The position numbers were made by a program, and so were the translations under genes. Below are positions 12,301 through 22,129 of a stretch of DNA of 64,000 nucleotides, in pieces. The stretch covers positions 992,001-1,056,000 of the forward strand of contig CAVZJV010000014.1 of assembly GCA_963775685.1 (NCBI GenBank), read 5' to 3'. Position 1 is the first letter of the stretch. Each line of letters begins with the position of its first letter. Under the pieces are notes generated by a model. The model was not told the origin of the DNA. It saw nothing but the letters and a program-made list of their open reading frames with translations, and searched no databases. This DNA is from Candidatus Bathyarchaeota archaeon. Lineage in GTDB: Archaea; Thermoproteota; Bathyarchaeia; Bathyarchaeales; Bathycorpusculaceae.

Positions 12301-15300
12301 CAACATGATACCCAAGGTTTGGAGTGAAAATGAAGCTTAGCGATGTACCCGAATCAACCATCTGAGTAGCCAAATTAGACAAGCCATTAGAACCCACATT
12401 AACCGTAACCAAGAACAAGTTAACCGCAAAAGTCACATCAACAGAAGTATCGCCAGTAATAGTCGGATTATAGCTAGTAACCGAGCCTAAATGAGTAGTT
12501 CCATTAACAACCACATCAGCAACATGATACCCAAGGTTTGGAGTGAAAATGAAGCTTAGCGATGTACCCGAATCAACCATCTGAGTAGCCAAATTAGACA
12601 AGCCATTAGAACCCACATTAACCGTAACCAAGTACAAGTTAACCGCAAAAGTCACATCAACAGAAGTATCGCCAGTAATAGTCGGATTATAGCTTGTAAC
12701 CGAACCCAAATGAGTAGTTCCGTTAACAACCACATCAGCAACATGATACCCAAGGTTTGGAGTGAAAATGAAGCTTAGCGATGTACCCGAATCAACCGTC
12801 TGAGTAGCCAAATTAGACAAACCATTAGAACCCACATTAACCGTAACCAAGAACGAGTTAACCGCAAAAGTCACATCAACAGAAGTATCGCCAGTAATAG
12901 TCGGGTTATAGCTTGTTACCGAACCCAAATGAGTAGTTCCGTTAACAACCACATCAGCAACATGATACCCAAGGTTTGGAGTGAAAATGAAGCTTAGCGA
13001 TGTACCCGAATCAACCGTCTGAGTAGCCAAATTAGACAAACCATTAGAACCCACATTAACCGTAACCAAGAACGAGTTAACCGCAAAAGTCACATCAACA
13101 GAAGTATCGCCAGTAATAGTCGGGTTATAGCTTGTTACCGAACCCAAATGAGTAGTTCCGTTAACAACCACATCAGCAACATGATACCCAAGGTTTGGAG
13201 TGAAAATGAAGCTTAGCGATGTACCCGAATCAACCGTCTGAGTAGCCAAATTAGACAAACCATTAGAACCCACATTAACCGTAACCAAGAACGAGTTAAC
13301 CGCAAAAGTCACATCAACAGAAGTATCGCCAGTAATAGTCGGGTTATAGCTTGTTACCGAACCCAAATGAGTAGTTCCGTTAACAACCACATCAGCAACA
13401 TGATACCCAAGGTTTGGAGTGAAAATGAAGCTTAGCGATGTACCCGAATCAACCGTCTGAGTAGCCAAATTAGACAAACCATTAGAACCCACATTAACCG
13501 TAACCAAGAACGAGTTAACCGCAAAAGTCACATCAACAGAAGTATCGCCAGTAATAGTCGGGTTATAGCTTGTTACCGAACCCAAATGAGTAGTTCCGTT
13601 AACAACCACATCAGCAACATGATACCCAAGGTTTGGAGTGAAAATGAAGCTTAGCGATGTACCCGAATCAACCGTCTGAGTAGCCAAATTAGACAAACCA
13701 TTAGAACCCACATTAACCGTAACCAAGAACGAGTTAACCGCAAAAGTCACATCAACAGAAGTATCGCCAGTAATAGTCGGGTTATAGCTTGTTACCGAAC
13801 CCAAATGAGTAGTTCCGTTAACAACCACATCAGCAACATGATACCCAAGGTTTGGAGTGAAAATGAAGCTTAGCGATGTACCCGAATCAACCGTCTGAGT
13901 AGCCAAATTAGACAAACCATTAGAACCCACATTAACCGTAACCAAGAACGAGTTAACCGCAAAAGTCACATCAACAGAAGTATCGCCAGTAATAGTCGGG
14001 TTATAGCTTGTTACCGAACCCAAATGAGTAGTTCCGTTAACAACCACATCAGCAACATGATACCCAAGGTTTGGAGTGAAAATGAAGCTTAGCGATGTAC
14101 CCGAATCAACCGTCTGAGTAGCCAAATTAGACAAACCATTAGAACCCACATTAACCGTAACCAAGAACGAGTTAACCGCAAAAGTCACATCAACAGAAGT
14201 ATCGCCAGTAATAGTCGGGTTATAGCTTGTTACCGAACCCAAATGAGTAGTTCCGTTAACAACCACATCAGCAACATGATACCCAAGGTTTGGAGTGAAA
14301 ATGAAGCTTAGCGATGTACCCGAATCAACCATCTGAGTAGCCAAATTAGACAAACCATTAGAACCCACATTAACCGTAACCAAGAACGAGTTAACCGCAA
14401 AAGTCACATCAACAGAAGTATCGCCAGTAATAGTCGGGTTATAGCTTGTTACCGAACCCAAATGAGTAGTTCCGTTAACAACCACATCAGCAACATGATA
14501 CCCAAGGTTTGGAGTGAAAATGAAGCTTAGCGATGTACCCGAATCAACCGTCTGAGTAGCCAAATTAGACAAACCATTAGAACCCACATTAACCGTAACC
14601 AAGAACGAGTTAACCGCAAAAGTCACATCAACAGAAGTATCGCCAGTAATAGTCGGGTTATAGCTTGTTACCGAACCCAAATGAGTAGTTCCGTTAACAA
14701 CCACATCAGCAACATGATACCCAAGGTTTGGAGTGAAAATGAAGCTTAGCGATGTACCCGAATCAACCGTCTGAGTAGCCAAATTAGACAAACCATTAGA
14801 ACCCACATTAACCGTAACCAAGAACGAGTTAACCGCAAAAGTCACATCAACAGAAGTATCGCCAGTAATAGTCGGGTTATAGCTTGTTACCGAACCCAAA
14901 TGAGTAGTTCCGTTAACAACCACATCAGCAACATGATACCCAAGGTTTGGAGTGAAAATGAAGCTTAGCGATGTACCCGAATCAACCGTCTGAGTAGCCA
15001 AATTAGACAAACCATTAGAACCCACATTAACCGTAACCAAGAACGAGTTAACCGCAAAAGTCACATCAACAGAAGTATCGCCAGTAATAGTCGGGTTATA
15101 GCTTGTTACCGAACCCAAATGAGTAGTTCCGTTAACAACCACATCAGCAACATGATACCCAAGGTTTGGAGTGAAAATGAAGCTTAGCGATGTACCCGAA
15201 TCAACCGTCTGAGTAGCCAAATTAGACAAACCATTAGAACCCACATTAACCGTAACCAAGAACGAGTTAACCGCAAAAGTCGCCGAGATCGTGTGAGACG

Positions 15301-18300
15301 CCTGAACATTGGTGAAATCCCATGAATCAACTGCACCCTTGGAGACCCCATCCACCAGAACATCAACTATATGATAACCAGCATCAGCAGTAACCACGAA
15401 AGTCAAACCATCGCCATAATTCACTGAAGTCCCATTCGCACTGACGACCGACCCGTGAACAGGAGCGGGAGTAACACTAACAGTAAACACGTTAATCATG
15501 AAAGTCGCAGTAACGGTCTTGTTCCCATCTAAAGTAATCGTCACCGGGTTAACTAATCCTGACAAATCGCCACTCCAACCACTGAAACTCCAACCTGCAA
15601 TTGGAATAGCTGTCAACTCAACCACATCACCAAAACTGTAAGGAGCAGCCTTGTTCAAACTATACGAGCCGCTTCCAACAGTGTTAACTGTCAAAGTAAT
15701 GTTACTTTGGAATTGTTCTTCAGGACCCAAGGATAATGAAGGCTCTTGAGCGCTATACTGTCTGGCACGAACATTGTCAAAGAAAGCCTTGGAAACTTCA
15801 GAATAACTGCTATCTAGCCTTATCCTATCCGACCCAACAGTGCTGGCTGATACTTGATAGATTGTTCCATTTATGATTACTTTGCTGTTGGAACCGGCCC
15901 ATATTATTGTTATGTGATACCAAGAGTTCCAGCTGGCAGTTTGTAGAGTCGTAAAAGCACCGTTGTACCATTTAAATGTAGGATTGCCTCCGTCATTATA
16001 ATAATACAACGTTCCATAGTTTGCTAGTGACGGGTTGACAAGCAAGATTCTTCCTTGCGGCTGCAAATTTGCAATACCTAAGGCATTTGTGATATCCCAA
16101 TCAAAGTCAACAATTCTCTGAGAGGAACTCAGAGTGTGCTCTGCGTACACGTATCCAGCGGGGTTGTTGTCATTTAGCAATAATCCGTAGTTGCCACTAT
16201 TTTTGGCTGTTGAGTCCACATAAGCGTTGTTTGGGTCTGAATAAGTCCATTGAGATGAACTTTGATTAATATCAAGCTGTGGGTCATAAACCTCATTGAA
16301 GCTAAGTCCATACGGACCGATAAGGTCCGCGCGACCACCGATTACGTATAACTTGTTTGAGATGACTCCACAGGCTACACCATCTCGAGGATGGGAGGCA
16401 CTCGACTTTTGTTGCCAAGTATCAGTTAAAGGGTCATAAATGTACACAGTTGATTGAAAATTCCCGCTTGGATTATCTAATCCATGTGTCGTGTAGATTT
16501 GACCATTTATCACTGGGTTTTCTCGAGTAACGCCTATTCTTGCAGAAGGTAATGGAGTTTTACTTTGCCAAGTGTCACTTAGGGGATCGTAAACCTCATT
16601 TGCTGTGGAAGCATTTAGCGAATTTAAGGAGTAGCCGCCTATAACGTAAATCTTGTTGTTGACCACGGCGCATGTTCCCCATGAACGTGGGGTTGGTACG
16701 TCAGCTTTTCGTTCATATGTGTCCGTAGCGGGATAATAGACATAATGGAAGTTACCGTAAAATAGATGGATTCCGTTCCCGTATAAAACGCCCATCAAGC
16801 CTTGATGCGTTACATCTGATGGGACATCTGTTTTTATTCCCCATGTGTTAGTTGATGGGGCGTAAACCTCATTTGTATGAATAATTGAAGGTGCTATAAA
16901 AGAAGTACTATTATAAGTCAGGTAGATGGAATAAGCTGCATCCTCTTGACCGGTCAGAGGAGAGAGATTAACTGGTAGAGTCCCATCGTATGTACGTGTT
17001 TTCCATCCCGCCTGGTTGGCCACCCCAGAAACATAGCCGCCGTTGTTCCCGTCAGGAGCGTGAGAAATTAGATAATAATTGTGGTTTTGGGTTAGGTTAA
17101 AGGTTGTTGTTAAAGAAAAAGTTTGCCAGCCTTGGCTGATTCCTGTCACAACTGAGCTTTGAGCAATTTTATTTAAAGAGTCGTCGTAAATCCCCACTAT
17201 GGCGCGGTTATTTGGTGTAGTAGTCACAGTGGAAAAATAAACAGACATATTAGCTGAATATGTTCCTGTGGCACCTGTGAATTTAAAGTTAGTTACCTGA
17301 ACCTCGCCGCCCCAATTGTCGATTAATCCGGAATTGATATTGCCTAAGACATTATCGGGGCTTGTCGATATATAGGCAAGTCCAATCAGTGGAACATTAT
17401 TTTGATCCCATCCGCTGTAATAAATTGGAAAACTATTGTTAGAAAGAAGTATTTTTCCTGAAGTATCAGTAACGGGGCATGATCGATAAATGTGCAGACC
17501 GTCCCAACTTCCAGATTGCCCTGGCGCCAAAACGATTCCTGAATCGGTCCAAGATAACAAATCAGTTGAAGTTAAAAGCACGAGCTCATATGTAAATGAA
17601 TTGACCATCTGTCGGCATCCAAACATGTAGTAACCGATACCATCAGAATTGATTGCGACGTCCAAGTGACCTAAGCCTTTTAAAAATATGTTATCTTGAG
17701 GCAAGGAAATAATGGGATTATTGGAGTTACGTGAAATATTAAGGATATTATTTGAAGTGTTATTCCAAGTGAATGTTGCTAAACCCACTTTTCCCATATT
17801 GTTGCCACTTGCTTCTTCGGCATAGTAAAGGTAAAAAAGCCCATCCTTATAGAGCAAAGTCGGAGTAGTTGTTTTAGAAACCTGGCCCAAGCATTCCCAT
17901 GATTGACCCTGGGTGTCATTTCCGGATAAAACTATTGGATCTGTGTTTCCATTAACTCTCGATCCATTGTACTGTATCCAAGTTTTGCCGTCTAAAGAAT
18001 ACGCAAGAGCTATTTGCCTGCTATCCGTAGCTTGATCACCGGGACCCCACACCATGAACCATTTGTTGTAATCTTCTACGTAACAAAAGTCAGGATCAGG
18101 ATTTTCTTTATCGTTAAAAGAACCTGGTGCGCCTGCCGGAATGACAGGATTAGATATACCTAAGTCTGTCCAAGTGAGTCCATCATTACTTCTAACAACA
18201 CTGGGATTTTCGTATGAAGCGCCTTCAGTCCACGGGGTATAGATCATCCAATATTTATAACCATCCTGGCCATTTGGAAAATATAATACATCAGGATGTA

Positions 18301-19093
18301 CAACTCCACTCGCGCCATACTTGGGAATTGTAGTAAGGGGATTGTTTGAATATTTATAACTGCTAAACTGTGAATTTTCGCTATTTGCACTAGTTTGCCC
18401 ACCCATGACATAAATTTGTCCGTTATATTGAACTGCCACCTCGCCCCAACGAGCTGTTGGCATGTCTTTTTCTTGAGTCCATGAATTTAGCGCTGGATCA
18501 AAAACATATGTTATGCTTAAGATGTCGTTTGCGGTTTTGTCGTAACCTCCGAAGTAATAAAGCTTGTTATTGTAAACAGCAGACGTTCCATCTGCACTTG
18601 TTTCAGGTAATGAAGTCAGCTCGGTCCATGCAGTAGAAGAAGAGGGATGCTCAAAATCTTCAAAGAGTTCAAAGGTTGCAGTTCCGTTGCTTAAGCTCTT
18701 TGCCAATAAATTGCCATAATATTCAAAAATATTTGCAGTACCTAATGCTGGTATAGAAGAAACTTTCACCCAAACTATGGCTGATATAGAAAGATTATAG
18801 CTTTCAATCCAGTAGGGAAGGGGTGTAACTCCATTATCACCAGTAAATCTTAAGTCTGAAAAGTCAGGATTCATTGAACTTTTGTAATCTATACTGAGTC
18901 TAATCTGGTAGTTAGCTAAAACATTTGGATTCAGAGTGTTGTCAATTACTATATTAGTTCTGTTAGTCCAAGAAGAATCAAACCAAGAAGTCATAGCTTG
19001 CGCTGTGCTCTGAGATAAAATAAACATTGGACAAATTAGTGAAACAATTAGAATAACTACTACAAGATTTCTTTTCATGAATCCTCTTCTCAC
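9353..19093 (-). CDS. Giant 3246-aa secreted surface protein: DUF2341, Kelch propeller, inserted GH-like propeller, InlB-B-like repeats, 20 x 73-aa repeats, F5/8-type C and lectin-like domains
   Basis: Signal peptide; DFSDLRF...LPYWIE...VWVKV (DUF2341); six GG-containing Kelch blades; GWSFSGWSGD; WIKIDLG/RYVKI/EIEVF. Confidence 0.85.
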   Translation of the reverse strand: MRRGFMKRNLVVVILIVSLICPMFILSQSTAQAMTSWFDSSWTNRTNIVIDNTLNPNVLANYQIRLSIDYKSSMNPDFSDLRFTGDNGVTPLPYWIESYNLSISAIVWVKVSSIPALGTANIFEYYGNLLAKSLSNGTATFELFEDFEHPSSSTAWTELTSLPETSADGTSAVYNNKLYYFGGYDKTANDILSITYVFDPALNSWTQEKDMPTARWGEVAVQYNGQIYVMGGQTSANSENSQFSSYKYSNNPLTTIPKYGASGVVHPDVLYFPNGQDGYKYWMIYTPWTEGASYENPSVVRSNDGLTWTDLGISNPVIPAGAPGSFNDKENPDPDFCYVEDYNKWFMVWGPGDQATDSRQIALAYSLDGKTWIQYNGSRVNGNTDPIVLSGNDTQGQSWECLGQVSKTTTPTLLYKDGLFYLYYAEEASGNNMGKVGLATFTWNNTSNNILNISRNSNNPIISLPQDNIFLKGLGHLDVAINSDGIGYYMFGCRQMVNSFTYELVLLTSTDLLSWTDSGIVLAPGQSGSWDGLHIYRSCPVTDTSGKILLSNNSFPIYYSGWDQNNVPLIGLAYISTSPDNVLGNINSGLIDNWGGEVQVTNFKFTGATGTYSANMSVYFSTVTTTPNNRAIVGIYDDSLNKIAQSSVVTGISQGWQTFSLTTTFNLTQNHNYYLISHAPDGNNGGYVSGVANQAGWKTRTYDGTLPVNLSPLTGQEDAAYSIYLTYNSTSFIAPSIIHTNEVYAPSTNTWGIKTDVPSDVTHQGLMGVLYGNGIHLFYGNFHYVYYPATDTYERKADVPTPRSWGTCAVVNNKIYVIGGYSLNSLNASTANEVYDPLSDTWQSKTPLPSARIGVTRENPVINGQIYTTHGLDNPSGNFQSTVYIYDPLTDTWQQKSSASHPRDGVACGVISNKLYVIGGRADLIGPYGLSFNEVYDPQLDINQSSSQWTYSDPNNAYVDSTAKNSGNYGLLLNDNNPAGYVYAEHTLSSSQRIVDFDWDITNALGIANLQPQGRILLVNPSLANYGTLYYYNDGGNPTFKWYNGAFTTLQTASWNSWYHITIIWAGSNSKVIINGTIYQVSASTVGSDRIRLDSSYSEVSKAFFDNVRARQYSAQEPSLSLGPEEQFQSNITLTVNTVGSGSYSLNKAAPYSFGDVVELTAIPIAGWSFSGWSGDLSGLVNPVTITLDGNKTVTATFMINVFTVSVTPAPVHGSVVSANGTSVNYGDGLTFVVTADAGYHIVDVLVDGVSKGAVDSWDFTNVQASHTISATFAVNSFLVTVNVGSNGLSNLATQTVDSGTSLSFIFTPNLGYHVADVVVNGTTHLGSVTSYNPTITGDTSVDVTFAVNSFLVTVNVGSNGLSNLATQTVDSGTSLSFIFTPNLGYHVADVVVNGTTHLGSVTSYNPTITGDTSVDVTFAVNSFLVTVNVGSNGLSNLATQTVDSGTSLSFIFTPNLGYHVADVVVNGTTHLGSVTSYNPTITGDTSVDVTFAVNSFLVTVNVGSNGLSNLATQTVDSGTSLSFIFTPNLGYHVADVVVNGTTHLGSVTSYNPTITGDTSVDVTFAVNSFLVTVNVGSNGLSNLATQMVDSGTSLSFIFTPNLGYHVADVVVNGTTHLGSVTSYNPTITGDTSVDVTFAVNSFLVTVNVGSNGLSNLATQTVDSGTSLSFIFTPNLGYHVADVVVNGTTHLGSVTSYNPTITGDTSVDVTFAVNSFLVTVNVGSNGLSNLATQTVDSGTSLSFIFTPNLGYHVADVVVNGTTHLGSVTSYNPTITGDTSVDVTFAVNSFLVTVNVGSNGLSNLATQTVDSGTSLSFIFTPNLGYHVADVVVNGTTHLGSVTSYNPTITGDTSVDVTFAVNSFLVTVNVGSNGLSNLATQTVDSGTSLSFIFTPNLGYHVADVVVNGTTHLGSVTSYNPTITGDTSVDVTFAVNSFLVTVNVGSNGLSNLATQTVDSGTSLSFIFTPNLGYHVADVVVNGTTHLGSVTSYNPTITGDTSVDVTFAVNSFLVTVNVGSNGLSNLATQTVDSGTSLSFIFTPNLGYHVADVVVNGTTHLGSVTSYNPTITGDTSVDVTFAVNSFLVTVNVGSNGLSNLATQTVDSGTSLSFIFTPNLGYHVADVVVNGTTHLGSVTSYNPTITGDTSVDVTFAVNLYLVTVNVGSNGLSNLATQMVDSGTSLSFIFTPNLGYHVADVVVNGTTHLGSVTSYNPTITGDTSVDVTFAVNLFLVTVNVGSNGLSNLATQMVDSGTSLSFIFTPNLGYHVADVVVNGTTHLGSVTSYNPTITGDTSVDVTFAVNLYLVTVNVGSNGLSNLATQMVDSGTSLSFIFTPNLGYHVADVVVNGTTHLGSVTSYNPTITGDTSVDVTFAVNLYLVTVNVGSNGLSNLATQMVDSGASLSFIFTPNLGYHVADVVVNGTTHLGSVTSYNPTITGDTSVDVTFAVNLYLVTVNVGSNGLSNLATQMVDSGASLSFLFTPNLGYHVADVVVNGTTHLGSVTSYNPTITGDTSVDVTFAVNLYLVTVNVGSNGLSNLATQMVDSGASLSFLFTPNLGYHVADVVVNGTTHLGSVTSYNPTITGDTSVDVTFAVNLYLVTVNVGSNGLSNLATQMVDSGASLSFLFTPNLGYHVADVVVNGTTHLGSVTSYNPTITGDTSVDVTFAVNLYLVTVNVGSNGLSNLATQMVDSGASLSFLFTPNLGYHVADVVVNGTTHLGSVTSYNPTITGDTSVDVTFAVNLYLTWTQTTLTDFNSGNKNNVETTTIGQSDGDLILSKTSGVTTSTFNDNFNDGILESGWTVDKSSLSQWIKIDLGSIFSINTVKVYQSNFPNYFTQDYQIQISTDDVVYTTVGTNTLQASINNVGTNTFTATNARYVKIVILSHYLTGLSQGLNEIEVFQSGNPSTNIALNKAVTASSQWSSNYAPVRVVDGLKGTVTNASPYPWLCADNAAAYYSTISETGGVLSINAAENSFAHIERSLALSSNTINVTLAARIQVQANTGTSWCPKIALYWASGDWCGIGISNGNFITNVNVYSSQTEGFAAYSGAAPNVFLYVKIFVNSTTIQFSKSSDGLSWIVLRTASRPTSYNGSPSLLIVGKGYGNGGYTQGGYTYPNPDLDNNYPPTAGNFATSYIDDLTLTTYNSQSSEQYVSTGVFTSSVFDATSLVTWQSIYWASTLPQGTSIAIQTRSGNNLVPDSSWSNWSTIYSNSGDLILSPNNRYIQYRITFQTTNTEVTPILQSISIQYLSS
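10878..15281. repeat. 219-bp tandem repeat x20 (73-aa InlB-B/Ig-like stalk units)
   Basis: Unit start at 10881, 11100 ... 15261 (4380/219 = 20); units near-identical. Confidence 0.95.
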
Positions 19094-19242
19094 ATATTTT
19101 TCCTTTTAAACATGCTTTTAATAATACATACCTTTAAAAAACAATATTTCAAGAATAGAAATATATCACATCACCCTTAATTCACTTTTTTTGAATAAAG
19201 ACATTTACCTATAAAGAGACTTTGCTCATTACCTCTGCAAGC

Positions 19243-20259
19243 TCACGTAGACATCTTTGTTATTCTTTGCTCATAGTACATATAAAGTATCTGTTCTCTC
19301 CCCACCCGAGCGCTCATAAGTTCATAGGCTTCGCCCGCAATTGCCAATGTTAGGTCAAGGGCTTTCTTTGAATTAGAGAAGTTGTGTTGTTTGATCATTT
19401 TTGCGTAACTTCTTATTCGATAGATTCTGCGAGTACCTTTGAAATATTCTATAGGATTCAGGGCTAAAAAGAAAAATCTTTCAAATAGCAATTTGTAAAT
19501 CCAGCGGATTTTCTTGTAAGGCCGCGCAAACCAATATTTTGAATCGATAAGATCTCGACAATATCTGTCCTTTGATGTATTGTAATCGGGATGTCGATGA
19601 GGGATATCCGATGAATGTCTTCTATAAAGGTATAAAGGCTCATATATTGCCCTGCTTTTCCAACCTTTCAGGCTAACTCTAATAAGAAAATCTAGGTCCT
19701 CGTATGCTGGAAAAGTCACATCAAAACCGCCAACACTTTCAAAAGCGGCTTTTCTCACGAGAGCAGCGCCAATTACGCCCACCCACCCCCCAACAAGAAT
19801 ACTAAGTCTATGATATAGCTTAATTGGCAAGATCACAGCATTAATCTCCCCGAATAGCCTCGCTCCCGTGTACACGAAACCGATCTTGCCGTTAGTAAGC
19901 ATAATATATAATGTCTTTTCAACGTAATCTTTTTCTAAAATGTCATCCGCACCCATAGTTATGTAAAACTTGCCTCTAGAAAGTTTTATACCAGCGTTCA
20001 TAGCCGCGGATACTCCTTGATTGGACTGAAAGTAGTAACGAATAGGATAACTTTTACAAATTGATGCGGTATCATCTGTTGAACCATCGTCAACCACAAT
20101 TACCTCTATCAACCTATAGCTTTGACTGATCGCACTCTCGATAGCTTGACGCAGATATCGACCATAATTGTACGTTGGAATTATTATACTGACCAAGTTT
20201 TTCGAAAATGCTTGATCGGATCTCTTATTCATTATAACCTCACCTTTTAGGAAAATCAA
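19243..20259 (-). CDS. Glycosyltransferase family 2
   Basis: VSIIIPTYN, VVDDGSTD, GADD, GGFD...EDLDF. Confidence 0.92.
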   Translation of the reverse strand: MIFLKGEVIMNKRSDQAFSKNLVSIIIPTYNYGRYLRQAIESAISQSYRLIEVIVVDDGSTDDTASICKSYPIRYYFQSNQGVSAAMNAGIKLSRGKFYITMGADDILEKDYVEKTLYIMLTNGKIGFVYTGARLFGEINAVILPIKLYHRLSILVGGWVGVIGAALVRKAAFESVGGFDVTFPAYEDLDFLIRVSLKGWKSRAIYEPLYLYRRHSSDIPHRHPDYNTSKDRYCRDLIDSKYWFARPYKKIRWIYKLLFERFFFLALNPIEYFKGTRRIYRIRSYAKMIKQHNFSNSKKALDLTLAIAGEAYELMSARVGREQILYMYYEQRITKMST

Positions 20260-20332
20260 CTAAACTAATCTGATCTTTATCTCAATCGATTAAGATCTAT
20301 CAGTCTGAAAATTAGTTATGTCCTAATTCCAG

Positions 20333-21517
20333 CTAAGAAAAATAATGCTTCAAATTAATATAAATTTTGGCAATCTCAGGAGCAACCTCACTTATGTCAT
20401 GTTTCTGAACAGCATCCATCCCTTTTGAAACAAGACGTTTCCGCAAATCAGGATCTTTAATTAGATTAATGATAGCAGCAGAAAGTTGTTTTTCATTGTG
20501 ATAGTCTACAAGCAAACCGTTTTCATTGTCCACGACTATCTCTTTCAGTATTCCTATTCTAGGAGCTATGACGGCAAGTCCAGCTGCCCAAGCCTCAATT
20601 AAAGCGAGGTAGCCAGCCTTCGTGGCAATGAAAATGTCATTGCTCCACAAGAACTTTCTAACATTTAATTGCCTTCCAACCAACACTATTGATCTCTCCA
20701 TATTCAATTCTCGAATTAAGGCTTCTACGCGATCGTGTAGTGGACCATCTCCAACTATTTGTAGCCTTGCTTCAGGAATTGCCATCGTCACAAGTTTGAA
20801 TGCACGTATCACAGTTATTGGATCTTTGGAATAATCAAGTCTTGAAATCACAACAACTCTCATTTTGTGAACAACATTGTTTGTGTGATAACGTCGAAAC
20901 TTTTGAATATTCACAAAATTAGGAATTAGACGACTTTTCTTATAAAATCCCAAGTTCCATAACTTAAAAAGAACATCTTTTGAAAATGTTGTAATAATTT
21001 TTGCACTATTCAAAACATTAAAAGCCTCTGGTGTGTCAAGGTGCATCGAGTCATTTTGATTGTTTGCAGATTCACCATGTAAAGAAACCAATAATGGACG
21101 ATTATAATGTTGACTCATATAGAGACCTATAAGAGGGTAGCGTGTTTCCCATAATCCATGAATGTGAAAAACATCTACATTTTGCATTTCCTTGCTTTTC
21201 ACAATTTCTCGATAAAGAGTTCTGGTTATAAGATTCTTAAGAAGGTTGCAGTTAGAATGAAATACCTTAAAATATATTCCCTCGAGAAAGCTCAAAATGT
21301 TTGGGCCGAACCTGATAACCTTCAATTTACCATATTGTTGACACTTAGATATCTTTCTTGAATACACATAAGAAATGTTCGATTTGTCCGTAACTAAAAG
21401 AAAATTGGCGTCAGGATCAACATCGGAAAGATAATTGGACAATGTAAGGATATAACTCTCAACTCCACCTGTTTGGAATGGAAGAAAAGTTGGCCAAAGA
21501 TGACAAATTGTAACCAA
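20333..21517 (-). CDS. Glycosyltransferase family 4 (GT-B)
   Basis: GGVE, IPNFVN, SRLDYSK, VGDGP, ALIEAWAAGL. Confidence 0.9.
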   Translation of the reverse strand: MVTICHLWPTFLPFQTGGVESYILTLSNYLSDVDPDANFLLVTDKSNISYVYSRKISKCQQYGKLKVIRFGPNILSFLEGIYFKVFHSNCNLLKNLITRTLYREIVKSKEMQNVDVFHIHGLWETRYPLIGLYMSQHYNRPLLVSLHGESANNQNDSMHLDTPEAFNVLNSAKIITTFSKDVLFKLWNLGFYKKSRLIPNFVNIQKFRRYHTNNVVHKMRVVVISRLDYSKDPITVIRAFKLVTMAIPEARLQIVGDGPLHDRVEALIRELNMERSIVLVGRQLNVRKFLWSNDIFIATKAGYLALIEAWAAGLAVIAPRIGILKEIVVDNENGLLVDYHNEKQLSAAIINLIKDPDLRKRLVSKGMDAVQKHDISEVAPEIAKIYINLKHYFS

Positions 21518-22129
21518 TCGTACACAACCGTTAAAATAATCAGAATTATTTTAGATGAATCATATTGAAATATGAATTATTCGCTCAAGTCTTGATGAAT
21601 GATTGTATAAAAAGCTTTTGAATATATAGAATTTAGTTGGATATAATGTCTAAATAATATAGAAACAAACATCGTTTTCATTGAGAATTGGAACCAAATA
21701 ACTTAATGCCAATTTATAAATTATGGTAATTACCATTTCTAAAATTTTCATATACGACTAATATTGATTGAATAAAGTATCAAACAATACAAAATTTTGT
21801 GCATATAGAGCAAATGCCGACGTCGCGGTAATCGGAGCAAATAAGAAAAGTATTTTTTTAAAAAAATGAGACCAATGGACACAGGATTTTGTAAAATTAT
21901 CTAAATAATATGTCATTGATCAAGTTGAAGCAAACATTAGATCCTTGTTAAGCTTATTTGAAATAATTGCTAATTTCAATCAACTAGAACACACTGTAAT
22001 AAGAAACATTAACATTACGTTAGCAACTCGAGTTTATTTAGAGCCAAAATGTGATGAAACTAATGAGAGAAACTATGAAATCATTTGACAATAAATTGCA
22101 ACAGGTTTAATCGTTATTTTTTCAGATAG

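Noticed and set aside
10878-15281. CRISPR-like or mobile repeat array
   Set aside because: No unique spacers; the 219-bp units are in-frame coding repeats
21518-22129. 600-bp very AT-rich gap inside the glycan locus
   Set aside because: No ORF, repeat or structure could be supported
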